From Tubiluchus corallicola (Eukaryota > Animalia > Priapulida): a stretch of DNA of 64,000 nucleotides. The translations under genes and the position numbers were made by a program. This document shows positions 23,701 through 37,295 of this stretch, in pieces. The first letter of the stretch is position 1. Each line of letters begins with the position of its first letter. The stretch covers positions 1,010,359 to 1,074,358 of the forward strand of contig JAQGDQ010000012.1 of the NCBI GenBank assembly GCA_030141605.1, written 5' to 3'. The notes under the pieces are model-generated. The model was given only the letters and a program-made list of their open reading frames with translations. It was not told where the DNA came from and made no database searches.

Positions 23701-26700
23701 TAATAACAAGCCTATTTTACAAATTCTATTTACAAGTTTTGAAGGCGATAGATGAGACCAATGTAGGTTAGCTCTAAATCTTCTGCATATTTTTTTGCAT
23801 CTATGTGTCCTTCAAACTCATAAGGTGTTTAGTTTTAATTTAGAAAATGAATACTTCTTTTCTGTTTTCAAAATTCAGGAATGCCATTCGTGGTTTATTC
23901 CACAATACTGACCTTCTGCATGGGAGAACACTAGTACTTATGTTCCTTAAGGGGGAACATTGAGGAGCCTTTTTTACTAAGTATGTATAAAAAACTGCTT
24001 ATAATACCACAAGACTAAATATCGATTTATGTCTGCTTTTGTTTTCATTGTTGTTCGCTGCACAGCCTATTTATTATTGAATGTGACATCACACAGATCT
24101 ACAGCGACAGTTGCCAGCCAGACTAGACTATAAAACTCTTATTATTTTGTGCAACCGTTTTTGTTTCTTTAGTAATTTTTAGGTCTACAGATCAGAAAAT
24201 TAGAAAGTTCATTCATCTCTTTGGCATGTCAGCTTATTTGTATTGGCACAGCAGGCAGACTTACTAGTAGTACTGTCAAATAAGATAAGAGAGAAGTTCG
24301 TTATAGTGCATGTAGGCCAGACCTTTTTGTCACTCATTCATTAAATTCTTATGAGAAAATTATTGAGTACAAAGTTTAAACAGTCAGGGGACAATTTACC
24401 CAATGAATAGTGTTATCAATAATTACAGATATTTTTTCTAGATGGTGGATGTCTTATTCTGTGATAATAATTCAATATCAAAATAGCGTGAGGTTGGCAG
24501 TGAATAAAATCAGCAGCCATCAATGCTAAATTAGATAAATAAGCTATTATCACAAATTAATTATTTTTATTTGCACTGTTTGGTATTGTTGACTTTGTGA
24601 AAAATCAGATGTGTTATTTTTAGACATTTCTACAGTTCTTCTGGCAGGTTAGTGTGTTTATTGAGCATCACATACTAAGCCGACACCACTTTCGATCCAT
24701 GTGACGTCACCAGCCAGCTGGAAGTGGCCTTTATCAACCAAGTGGTGAACTTAGGCCCAAGTCGTACCTGGCACTTTATAGTACGATATGGATACATCAC
24801 AAACACGTACTTGTAAAAAGACCTTGGTGCTCTTTTAAACAATTCCAGCTATAGTTTACAAAATCATTAAGATACCTAAAACGGCCGATTTGTTGTTTTT
24901 CAATGAAGTTTTGATTAGGTCTTTTATTAGGCAGAAGCATTCTATACATCATCTAAGATTGAGCGTGGAACGTTGAAGTCATCACAAGTTTACGAAATTG
25001 TGCAGACTAATCAACCAGAACAGGATCCTCTTGGACGTCCCTTAGTTCATTCTTCTGCACTAGAACATGCTACGGGAGAAGCTGTATATTGCGATGATAC
25101 AAGAATACTGGAAGGTACATTGTGGGAATAAGTGGATCACTTTTTAAATTGCTAGCTGGCTTCTATGTATACGAAATTATCTAGTTAGGTCCTCTTAAAA
25201 ATTCCAGTAAGTCTGCATGAGGACCAGCAGAAGTCGTTTGTACACCAGTCTTCTTCAATGGTAAACTAAGCCTGCCATGGTTACTACGTCTCTGTATTAA
25301 TGAAACCGTGTGTCTTTTATGAGTCGATGTATGCAATTAGTGATGCCACACTTACACAAAACTGTAATGTTTGCAGTGTAATTTAAATTAAGATGATTGG
25401 CTAAGAAGCATCTAAATGCTTAATCAAAAAAGTTTTCACTCACATGTTACTAAGAAGATGCTGCCATGTTAATGACATTTTCATTAATGTGTGCTAGATT
25501 TGAACCGTTCTGCTTACTAGCGCATGAAGAATGCTACTTAGAAAGGCAAAAATGCAAAAGAAAACAGATAAAGTACAAGCGTATTTGACTAAAATGTATG
25601 CTATTAATATTTCGACATTTTTAAGCAAAATTCAAAAAGGAGCTTGATTTTTTCTTTTAAAAGTACTGTTGTAATCACTTCTTATGATACTATTGGATAC
25701 AATTACTTATTTGCCATGCAGCACGGGCGTATTGACAACATGACACCTGAAAAATAAAATCGGTGCCATTTGGGAGTTTTATTAAAATGACATGAATAAG
25801 GAGTTTTCTGCTCAGTACAGTTTGGGCAGAAAAAACATAAGTAGGGGTATAAAGAAAAATATGCTATGTAATGTTGTCAAATTGCTATATAAAATTAGCA
25901 AGATTCTCTATGCTCTAAAAATATAGGAAGGTAGATTTTTTAACTGTTAAATTTGCACCCTGCTAGAATGTGTGCACTGTGAATGAAATGTTTAAATTTA
26001 CCTTTAATCTCTACAACTAAATGGCGTGCCTTGTTTATTGTACTGATTCAAGTCTAAACGTTATCTATGGGCTTATGTAATAAATAATGCTGAACGTGAT
26101 ATAATGTGAGGTGTGTATTTGCATCAGTGGTGTGATACATGTCAAGTTATCAGATGAACTGTCAGAAATTTTCAGAGCAAACAGTAAATGTGATTGGTTA
26201 ATAGTTTTGATTATTGTAAAGGATTATTTAGTTGTTTTTGATTCTGTCAGTGTACGTTTAAATCTGTGTCGTGTGTACAAAGTACGAAGTAAGAAAGCAA
26301 AAAGTTAGAAAATGTTGTCTAGATAAATTTAAAGGCAACGATCGAGCTTGCATAGCGATTACTCTTTCATGTTGAAAGAATTAATGTACATTATTGCTAA
26401 TGCGGATTGTCCAGATTCTTAACAAATACTTTAATGTTGCTTCTCTTTTTTCAGATGAATTACATCTAGGTGTAGTTATCTCTGAAAGAGCTCACGCGCG
26501 AATAAAATCAGTTGACACAAGTGCAGCACTGGCCACACCTGGTGTTATTTCGTTTATTGATTATCAAGATATTCCTGGCAAAAATCTTGCTATAGCTGAT
26601 TTTGATCAGCCATTATTTGCACGAGATGAAGTTCAGTATGCGGGGGAGTTGATTGGGGGAGTGGTGGGAGAGACAAGGGAGGTGGCACAGAAAGCCGCTA

Positions 26701-26807
26701 AACTGGTTAAGATTGACTATGAGGACTTACCTGTTATAATTAGTGTTGAGGTACATTACATAATGTAAACTATAAATCTTGGTCGTCTTAGATTTGCCTA
26801 ATTGCAA

Positions 26808-26842
<35 letters not shown>

Positions 26843-29800
26843 GATTTTCAAATCAAACAACATCAATTAGGCATACATATATATGAACTAGGCATAACAT
26901 ATATCATCTGTGTAGTAAATCGTCTCAGTTTAACAATACATGAATTCACATCAAAAGAAGTGCAAGCTGTAACCTGCAAGAACAATAGAAATATTGTACT
27001 CATTCTTCAGTTACTAAAGTTACTAGACTCAATATTTATTTTATTTAAACCTTTAAACCTTTTAATAGGTTTTTTAAAGTTTTGAATAAAAGTTGTCACA
27101 AATTACGTAAACTCCAGCAATACATCACAGCTTAATTGTAATTATTAAGCTCCTACATCTAGGCTCAAAGTTACCTCTATAGCTTCGAGCACCTTAGGAT
27201 TACTAGTACAAAGCTGTCTCTCAGTAAAGTGAAAAATTTTCTTTCTGAGACTATCTTCATTTGAATGTGTTTAAATTAATTCTGATTTAAAATGCAAATG
27301 GAAAGAGAGAAATTTAGTCTTGTTTTTTGCTTTTTCAGGATGCTATTAAAGCAAATTCATATTTTGAAAATCCGAATCTAAAAGCTCATGTTGGAAATGT
27401 AGATGAAGCAATATCAAGTTCAGAACATGTCATAAGTATCATATTTTGAAAGTGATTCAGTACATTTCTTTTATTTGTGCTTATTTGTTTAACTCTTCAG
27501 ATTGTTTTCTGTATCAAATCTTGGTATGCAAATTCTGAAGGTATGACAATTAGAAGGAAGACAAGAGAAGTAAACAAATACACAAACTACTCAAATGTAA
27601 ACAGAGTACAAGAAAACACAAGCAAACCATTACTTGAGCAATTTTTTTGCAACAATTTCATGTTAAAGACAAAAAATCTCACTCTGCCCCTTACTCTGCT
27701 CTAAAATTTCCTAGATAAAAACTATTATATTAGCTTTGTGAAAATGTGCATACATAAAGTGACTATGAAAGTATTATGTCATAGCTGCCAGTGCCTAATT
27801 CTGCAAACACGTTTTTGTTACAAATGTTGTTATTTTTTGGCTATTCTCTATAAAGCTTATTACTTTTATGAGTGTTGTTTTTGCAGACGGAGAGTTTAGG
27901 ACAGGTGGACAACAACATTTCTATATGGAGACTCAGTCAGCTGTTTGTGTGCCTCATGGAGAAAAAATGGAGATGGATATTCTATCGTCCACCCAAAATG
28001 TTCACACTGTGCAGGTATAAAGACTTCTACAATCACACTTAACGGTACAATATTGAGTTTCAGCAACTAGTTAAAGTATGCATTACAAGCTGGGTAATGT
28101 AAGTCTGTGAAATTGATAATCTAAGTCGACAAGAGCTACCATCCTGTTTGGTTCTTGTGTAATAAAAATTTGCTTATGCATGTATAAAACATGCAGTCAA
28201 TATTAATACTTTGTTTAAAAGTCTCGTCATAAAACCATCAGTCAAATTAATATTTTCATGTTGATATAAATGTGTTGCATAAAAAACAATATTTCTTAAT
28301 TCGCTTCAAAAATTATTGGATCAATGCTTGGCATGTATTTAAGTGAAAAATTCTCTGTATTACAGAGAGGTGTGGCTAATGTCTTAGGGATACAAGCAAA
28401 CAGAGTTGTTGTCCGTGCAAAAAGGCTTGGTATGATACTTAATGTTATTCTTCTAAATGTTTTTACAACTTCCTGTTAAAGCAGAACTTGTAGAATGTAC
28501 GGATATGAACGTGCTCAAACCAAGTAGTTGTAAGAACAGTAAGTGCTATGTTAATAAATTGCAATACGTGAGACTTTTTTGTCTTTAGGACTTCAACCAT
28601 TTTGAAAACTTTGCAATTTTTAGTAAGCAGGTTTCTGTTTAACTGGGCCTGATTTAGTTTGAATTTCATGCTATAGTTAACTAGTTATGTGCAGTCTTTG
28701 TCAGTCATTAGGGATGTATTGTTGTGTTCGTTATAGTGTGCGTGCTCATGTGGTTTGTCTTTGACGAGGTCTCTAGTTTTTTGTTGTATAGTTATTCATG
28801 CAATGCTGTGCATCTGGTTGCACCTGGGCAGATTTAAGGGTAGAGGAAAAGCAGCCAAAACCTGAATTCAGGTCAAGTTTTTCTGGTGACTTTGAATGGG
28901 GTGTCGGTACCAGTGCCATTAGTGTTGTTTTATGCTTTGACAAGTTTTTTTGTTTCATCAGTGTTGGGCTGTATATTTTCATCTGAATTTATGGTGTCTG
29001 AATTTATGAGTTTTCATTTACAGGTTTTCGTAAAAGGTAACTGAACTTAACAATCCAAATAACAAATTTTGTTACTCTCTGTAATGTCCTCATTTTGTTC
29101 AAACTAAAAAGGCATCAAATGAAAATGTATTGACTAATGTGGAAGGTCTTGTGGTTCAACTGTTATATATCCGAGTATATCTGTGTCGCATTAGTTTATT
29201 TGGCCTTTTGTGCACTCTCAGGTATGTCCACATCTGTCAGGCATACTTTTTTCTGATTGAATTTTTTTCTAATATTTTGTTGGTGACAATCGATTCACTA
29301 TTTAGTTCATTTCCTCACTTCTTTTCAGGGGGCGGTTTTGGTGGTAAGGAAGGAGACTCGATGTTAGCCGCTGGACCTTGTGCAATTGCTGCCTTTAAGT
29401 AAGTGTTAGGTTGTATTTTATTTACGGTTTTTCACCTTGCACTATCATGACAAAGATTGACTGGAAATGTATCACAATTTTTTTTAGGCTTGGACGTCCA
29501 ATAAGATGTGTGTTCAGTAGAGCAGAAGATTTTTTGATAACAGGAAGCCGACATAGAACATTATTCAAATATACGGTACACGCATTACTAGTTTCATTAA
29601 TAAAAATTAAAAACAAAATACATTAATAAGAAAAACTACATTTATGCGGCCAAATTTAAATTACTTCTAACGGGATCATTTTTATGCTTCAGATTGGATT
29701 TGATAGCAGAGGAAAAATACATGTGTTAGATTACTTTGTTTATGTGAATGCTGGATATGCATCTGTGCTTTCACCTTCGGTATGTACTAATTGCATGATT

Positions 29801-31519
29801 ACTTATCCAAGCTGTATATATACTGCTAGAAACTATATTACTATATAGAATATTTCCCGCTAGCAACTATTTATCGGTATAAAGTATATAAACTATTTAT
29901 CTCACTAGAAACAGTAGAATGCAATTCTTTTCAGCCTAACTTATATGTAAATTATCATGCTTTCAGATTTTTCTTGCAACAATGCATTAGCTTTGTAACA
30001 TACTTATTATTCCTAGCATGGACTCTTCTGATTGCCTCTTTGTTTGTTTGTGCGTTCTCTTAACCATTCACTGTTTGTCTGTTTGTCTGCATTGTTGGTG
30101 TTTTTCTTTATTAAATCACAATTTCCATGTGCAGTTATTACAAGAGCTACTACTTTGGTCCGGGGGTTGCTATCGTCTACCCAACATTCGACTCACTGGC
30201 GCCTTATGTAGAACAAACATTGCAAGTGCAAACGCTTGTCGAGGGTTTGGACGACCACAAGCCTGCCTCTTCATGGAGAACTGTATTGCCAAGATAGCGA
30301 ATCATCTGGACAAACTAGATTTACATGTAAGCATTTTGTAGTATGTTACTAGTTTCTTTGTGATATATATATATATGTCATATATGTAGATCTTGAATAT
30401 CAACCTCACCAAGCTACAGCAAGAGGGGTCTTGCTCTTTATAACGTTTTGGTGTTTAAGCATTAAATTCCTTGATAATGAGGATCCTCTTCTACATTGGT
30501 AACGTGTATTAACAAAATCTGGCGGGCTAAGTGAAATGTTGTCATATAAAGCCTCCTTCCCATATAAATGCAAAGGGATGTGTTTTACTGACAAAAGTCT
30601 GCACTGCTTGGCTCATATAAAACGATTTTTTACAGATTTTATGATTTGTATTTATAATTTTCCATTATATTATTTTTATTAAGTCTGAAAAGCAATAATA
30701 ATAATAAAAGTAATAAAGTCACTATAAATGAAAATTATAACTTTTTGTGATGGTAATGCAATAACAACAGATTTAGAATAATAATAGGCTCCACGCCTTG
30801 AAAGGTTTTCTTAAGTTTAAACAGGTTTTCAAATTAATTGGTTTGTAGTTTGTAGTGGCCATCTACATTCTGAAATTAGTCTTGATATGATCTAAAAATG
30901 ACATGATTTAGCAATCTACCTTTGCATAAAAACTTATAAGAAGTTGGCTGTATAGAAAGTACACTTAATGTAGAAACGAAGATGTCGAAACTTTTCAAAA
31001 TGAAAGCCAAATTGACCTGATCCATCATGCCCCTTTTCTTGTTTTTTCTTGTTCTGTGTTTATTTTTCTAGAAAGGAAAACTTCTGACCACAGTCAGTTG
31101 ATATGTAGAAGGCAAACGTTTTTTTTGGTGTTTCTGTTTATTCTTTCACTTGCTACTGATTTCATTGTGTTTCTTGCTTTTGAGCTAGTACGCAATTAAA
31201 ACTGATTAAATATCATTTAATAAAAATAAAAAGATTGGAATTAATGTTTTTGCCTTAGTCCTCCATAGCATTCGAATTTAGATTTTAGTGATTAAATATT
31301 TTTGCCAGGTGCGTCAGATAAATTTGTCCTGTTCTGGTGATGTGATGTGGAACAACATGCCTATAGAAGATAACTACTGTCGAATGTGTGTAGATGAATG
31401 TATTAAGCTGAGCCATTATTCCAACAGATATTATCAAGTTTTGAAGTACAACCGGTAATGATTAATTGTCAGGAACAGAAAAATAGTTTTGCTGTACAAT
31501 AATACAGCACTCATTTTTT

Positions 31520-31550
<31 letters not shown>

Positions 31551-34500
31551 GGTCGGTCGGTCGGTCGGTCGGTCTCTGTCTCTCTCTCTCTCCCTCTCTC
31601 TCTCTGTCTCTCTCTCTCTGTCTCTCTCTCTCTGTCTCTCTCTCTTTGTCTCTCTCTCTCTGTGTCTCTCTCTCTGTCTCTCTCTCTCTGTCTCTCTCTC
31701 TCTGTCTCTCTCTCTCTCTGTCTCTCTCTCTCTCCCTCTCTCTCTCTCATCTCTCGTCACACAAAAGACAAAGAATTAAAAATGCTTGTATAGTTTGTTC
31801 TAATTCTGCTGTTTTGAAATGTTTTAAGATGAAGCTGTAATTTCCACCAGTTATTGGCTGGTGTTTTCTCTTTCTAAGTTCTTGTCCAACAAAATACAAA
31901 ATACAACATTATTGCTTGCGATCATGTTATTTTTCGCTTATTATTCAGTCTACTTTTAATTTTATTTGTGCAAGTCTATCATGTAAAAGTATCACAAATG
32001 GTGACATGCATTAATTTTCAGCTGAAACTTTACTACTTATATGAGCCTGCCTCCTAAATGTGATTACTTTATGTAACATTAGTATCTCCAAGACATTTAA
32101 TAACTAATTGCTTTATTTGTGCTTTAACTTTGATATAGGAAAAAATAGTATTATCCATTTTAGTGAGAATCGGTGGCGGAAACGAGGAATTCATGTAGTG
32201 CCATTAAAATATCCTCTGCCATTTGCAGTCAAATTTCTCAACCAGGCGATGGCCCTAGTCCACGTTTACACTGATGGTTCAGTCATGCTAACATTTGGTG
32301 GAATTGAAATGGGTCAAGGACTGCATGTGAAAATGCTACAGGTATTACGTCCTGTTTGTGTGTTTCCCGAGGGTTGAGCAAGTCTTTATTTGCAGTGACC
32401 CATGCAAGCAAGTTCTTCAAAATATCTAAAAACTGGAATGGCATATGTATGAGTTTAGCTTGACAGTTCATTAATTGCATTTGTTTTTTTAATACAACTT
32501 GTAGTTGCAGTAAAGTAGTAAAGTAATTAAACGAAGAAGCGTAGGAGTTATAAGTTATTTAAGAAAGCTCTTATAGATATGTTAGAATAAAATTTTAATA
32601 ACTAGCATTTCTATATTGTGCAAATCAGCACTTATTATGTTGGTCCAGATTGCAAGTCGAGTGTTGAAAATTCCAATAGAGAAGATACAAATTAGTATCA
32701 ACAGTTCGGACAAGATCCCAAATACGTCACCCACCGGAGGTAGCAACACAACAGATTTGTGTGGACCAGCTGTAATGCAAGCTTGCCAGACTATAAGTGA
32801 CAGGCTGAAGCCGTACAAGGCAACTAAACCTCATGATAGCTGGGAACAATGGGTAACAGGATGATTGTTCATGTTTCAATATATTTAAATGTAAACTGTG
32901 CAGTTTATTTCACTTTCATAAACACTTGATTTGTGACTACACTCTATTTGAAGCAGATTATATCTGATTTGCTGAAAAGGTTATAATGTTTAATTATTAG
33001 ATCCTTAATTAATTTTTTGATTTAATTACAAAGGTGTTGATTAGTGCAAGCCCAGTAAAGTTTCAGTAAAGCCAGCATTAGATTTGGCAAGTGTTTGTCA
33101 GCATGTAATGCGATTATGTAACGCGGGCAATAAAAAGGCTGCTAGTCCAATTTTTCTTTTCATTTTAATAATTATCCATTTTTTTGGTAGCAGTCACAAC
33201 TTTTTGCCTGCTACAGATTAATATTTAACATGAAATCTAAAGTACATTATGAGGTAAAGTGAGTTAGTCACAGTAAAATGATTTTTGTGACTTGTTGGAC
33301 AGATGGATATAATTAATACACTTTTAAAGTTGGATTATTAATCCATCATCATAGGTGATTAATGCATATACAGACAGAGTGAGTCTCTCGGCCTCGGCAT
33401 TTCATGCACCTGATGTTGGAGTGTTTGACTGGAAAACTCAAACTGGTCATGCCAAACTGTATGCAACAAATGGTGCAGCCTGCAGTGAGATAGAGATTGA
33501 CGTACTCACTGGTGATCATGTCCTGCTCAGGACTGATATTGTAATGGATGTTGGTGAAAGTCTAAATCCAGCCATTGACATTGGTCAGATCGAAGGAGGA
33601 TTTTTGCAAGTAACAAGCATTTTTGTGAGGTGTATTAAGATGTAATGCCACATTTATGCTTGTTAGTTTTGAAACTTTAATAAGTCATTGCAAAGCTAAA
33701 CCTTTATGGGAAATTTATTAAACTTTTTACTATTTCTAATTTTTGTGACAATTTATTTAAATATTTTTCTTTCTTTTGTTTAATGTCATGCCTGTAGGTA
33801 CTAGTTTTTATAACAGGTTCATAACTATATTTGCTAAGAGCATGCATTATGGTTGACTTTGTTTTTAACTTTGTTGCAAGAATGAACAGAACATTTGGTC
33901 CTCGAGTAAACAAACTGCATATCCCTTTCAAAGTACTGAACCTAGTTCTTAGCACCACTAACCTAGGCACCTCATGCAGTACTGACATGTGGAGAAGGCA
34001 CTAAGGAAGGCAAAGTGTCTGTTTATCCATTTTGTATATAGTGCATTGTGTTTTTTTATTCATGGATGTTTTAGGGTTATGGTTATGTGACTTTGGAGGA
34101 GATAAAATATACAAAGGATGGATTACTGATCAACAGAAATCCTGCCACTTATAAAATTCCTGGCTTTAATGATATTCCTTCTGAATTTAACATTGCTTTA
34201 TTGCGCAATAGCTGCAAGCCTAGAGCTGTCTACTCTTCTAAGGTTTGTGTTATTATCTCTTAAAATATTTTGCTCTGAAAATCTTGAGAAATACTAAAAA
34301 TAATGTTTCTCTATTGTCAAGTTGGCTATAGATAACTATGCATTGCAAGTCAATTTTCAAATTACAGTGAACTCTCAAACACAGATCGCTAAAGACAAAG
34401 TAAATAGTCCAAATTGTGTGATTGTACCACCTGCAAAGCCATTCATATGTATTGTTTGTTTGTTTGTAACTGTTTAACTAGAGTTGTTCATCATGTAAAG

Positions 34501-34709
34501 ATAAGTTAATTAATTAAAAGTTTGATGGTTTTAAACTCCAGGGTATTGGTGAACCCCCTTTCCTGCTTGGTGCATCTGCATTCTTTGCCATTCGAGATGC
34601 TGTGATATCTGCAAGAAATGAAGCTGGTTATCATGGCGACTTTGACTTCTTTCCACCAGCAACAGCAGAAAAAATTAGAATGGCATGTGGAAGTAACTTG
34701 AATTTTTAA
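17191..34709 (+). CDS. XDH: XDH/AOX-family molybdo-flavoenzyme, paralog B, complete, 26 coding exons, about 1310 aa
   Basis: Exons: 17191-17238, 17539-17596, 17771-17979, 18278-18553, 18745-18822, 19550-19688, 19795-19959, 20052-20128, 21571-21777, 22984-23168, 23597-23762, 24931-25114, 26455-26750, 27339-27435, 27887-28014, 28366-28429, 29329-29398, 29488-29575, 29693-29779, 30135-30326, 31309-31454, 32164-32341, 32649-32852, 33355-33609, 34075-34242, 34542-34709 (sum 3933 nt, open frame, TAA). Motifs Cxx[66 protein letters not shown]. Symbol denotes the family. Confidence 0.95.
17597..17770 (+). other. U12-type intron 2 of paralog B (174 nt)
   Basis: Donor GTATTCTT (one mismatch to consensus), branch TTTCTTAAC ending 17760, 10 nt before the end of the intron; internal perfect GTATCCTTG at 17714. 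Confidence 0.8.
17625..17709 (+). repeat. (CT)n microsatellite inside the U12 intron of paralog B
   Basis: Directly visible. Confidence 0.95.
20658..21446. mobile_element. Probable old pogo/Tigger-like MITE (paralog B intron 8)
   Basis: Right end GGCACCTACTG|TA, degenerate left end TA|TAGTAAGAGC, subterminal GTCAATT/AATTGAC repeats. Confidence 0.4.
22105..22218. repeat. Degenerate (GTT/GCT)n triplet repeat
   Basis: Directly visible in paralog B intron 9. Confidence 0.8.
26811..26841. repeat. (AT)n microsatellite
   Basis: Directly visible. Confidence 0.95.
31525..31755. repeat. Compound microsatellite (CT)n-(GGTC)n-(CTCTGT)n
   Basis: Directly visible in paralog B intron 21. Confidence 0.95.
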
Positions 34710-36319
34710 GCCATTGCAAATTTGTTGTTAAAATTGCTTTAGTTATTTGTCCACATTTGTTTCGTATTTTGATGAGGCATCAGTTTTCTTCTAGGTTAGC
34801 TAAATGGCAGTTTTCTTCTAAGTTAGTTCAATGGATTGAATTGCATACTGATTCTATGGAAAATCGGTCTGAAATTGAAATTCGGTATGGAGCTTTTTTT
34901 GTAATGTCCATTTAGATTATTTGAGTATCTTTCCTGCATATTTTTAACATTTGACCTTTTGTATGTAATTTTTTGAGAAAAAATGATGTTATGTTTTTAT
35001 GATATTTCTTATATGCTTTTTATTAACTGCATACATTAATTGATATGAATAATTACAATTTTTATGAAAAATTGGTTTTTTTTGTGGAGAATCACTTCTG
35101 AATTCTCATACTTGTAAAGCTAATCGAGATGTAAATAAGTTTGCTGTGGCTGAATAACCTTCCTTATAAGTGTAATGTAACAGCTAGCTAACTCACATTC
35201 AACCCGATTGTTTAGCTTCACTCTACCAACAACAAAAGCACCAGTCTAATGCCAAGATTTCAAAACAGACTAGTCATTACTTTCCGGACAAAGCGGATAT
35301 GTAAACCCGTGAAATGTCTTCTCACATTGTATCGTACATGGACTTTAAATGTATCAGCTTATGTTGAATGGCCAACATAGGTGCAAACATAAGTGTTTCA
35401 GTCTAACCCTAAGTGTAATTGTGCACTAACATGATCGTCCTGTTACTCATGCTGCAGTAAGAAGCTTATGTTGCCCTTTGGATATCCATCATGTAATCAT
35501 CACCCTTGTTTTGTCATCATTTTCCAATTTAGCATGAGATATTGAAAATGCTTGCCCCTTGTCCATTATTACATGAAGAACAGTATTACATGGGTTAGTT
35601 GCTAATAACTACATAATTAAACATCGAAACTTCGTCTGATTTAACTTACCATTGATTTCCACCACATCCACACTTTGCCAGCTCCTCGATACAAATCCAA
35701 AATTACATTGTGAATAGTAAGACTTTACTTCCTTGGAGTAAGGAATGACGAAGTTTGATTTTTTGACTTTTATGTGTGTGATGAAATGATGCATGGGTTT
35801 ATTAAGGTTAAACACAATGAGTTCTTCTTCTTAAATACCATCAGTGAAGGTATGAGAGAAAACTCAAAAAAATTACTTAGTACATATTAGGTTGGACACT
35901 AATATTAATGTCTTATGCAGTTGTATAGAACGCGTTGTAAGATTAAGCAGTTAAAGCAAGAGCTGTTAAATTGTTTAGGACTGCATTAGACTGTGATGCT
36001 AATACTGTTCAGCTATTTCTAAAAGTGTATGATTTTTAACTTTTATGCAGTTTCATGATATATATAGTTGGCCTTGTACAATCATTTTGTATAAATTATG
36101 CTGCTGTAATGTGTAAAATTGACACAACAGGTATTTCTCCTCATTTTTGTTATAAAATTAAATCATTTACTATAAAAATAATTGCTAATTATAAATGAGT
36201 TAACAATGTTCCTAACGTGTTCAGAAACTGACGATCTTGCAAACAATAGTTACATAATAGGCCTTGAAAAAACATTGGCCTTTTTTGAAAGTTGATTTTA
36301 TTGAAATTGTGTTACTTGG

Positions 36320-37150
36320 GAACTGCGCTTCACAATGAACTCGCAACTTCTAACTTTTCACCTCTTGACCTGTATATCAAATTAAAGTCAACTAAAACCT
36401 TGTGCCTTCTGCAACTTATTCAATTTAATTCATCTCATTGAGAGTTGAGACCTTTCATTTGATATACTACAACCCATTATTTTTCAAAACTGGTTAAACA
36501 TCTGGTGCCAACCAAGCCAAGGTCATCATTCAATATTTTGTTGTCTGAACTCGTATCCCAGGTACCTGTCTCGAACTTGTTTATTTCTAACACTTTTAGT
36601 TGCGCTAGTTATGTGACCTAGCCATGCCCATTTTCTGGTAAATACTTAGTGCACACCTGGTTATCCACACATGCAAAAACATAGACTCATAGCTAGTAGT
36701 CTAATACACATAAGAGGAGCTGAGTGACGAAAGGCATTTGCCACATTTTTCACATTTTGGATATTGCTATGAACTTTGGTCCATAGGTCACGATTTCTAC
36801 ATTATTCCCTGAGCATTGTATCTTAGGTTTTTACCCGGCAAGTTTTCTGATTTTAGCTCTTTTGCTTATAGAATTATTGACCCTGTTTTCTGGCTTTGGC
36901 TCCTATCTCGGGTCCCAGCTTTTTAAAACCCATCTGCCCATAATACATGTACGTATAAATACTTGTTAAAAATTGAAAAAAAGTAAAGGTACTGGGAGCA
37001 AATACATAGTAACAGAAAAATAGAATGGCGCCTTCAGCCCTTGACCCTTAACTAGATGTCAGAAGTTGCCACATTACTGCCCTACCCCCACAGAGGGCTA
37101 CCCATCTTGTGAGTTTCATCCTAACTTGCAGGGTTAATGACTATAATAAG
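36320..37150. mobile_element. Possible Helentron/DINE-like non-autonomous repeat between paralogs B and C
   Basis: Recurrent TTGACC, GAGACCTTTCATTTGATA, CATGCCCATTTT and AGTTTCATC motifs reminiscent of invertebrate Helitron2-type repeats; recognised by pattern only. Confidence 0.3.
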
Positions 37151-37256
37151 TTATTAAACGAAATATGTTTACGTAGAATAATTAAGAAAGAAATTACAAA
37201 TTAAGTGCATTCCCATAATGTCAAGATATATGTTTTTGTTATGGAGCCTTTCTATG

Positions 37257-37295
37257 GTCACGTGACAACTGAGAGGTTCAGTTCGAGAAGCCAAT
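37257..37295 (+). promoter_or_regulatory. GTCACGTGAC E-box plus CCAAT; candidate promoter of paralog C
   Basis: GTCACGTGAC 37257-37266, CCAAT 37291, GG|GTAAAT donor at 37349, acceptor TTTTTGTAG at 39773 just before the ATG. Confidence 0.45.

Noticed and set aside
27436-27886. Other GTATC-starting donors (19960, 21778, 27436) as extra U12 introns
   Set aside because: They lack the CCTT extension and a CCTTAAC-type branch; GTAT donors are common throughout these genes.
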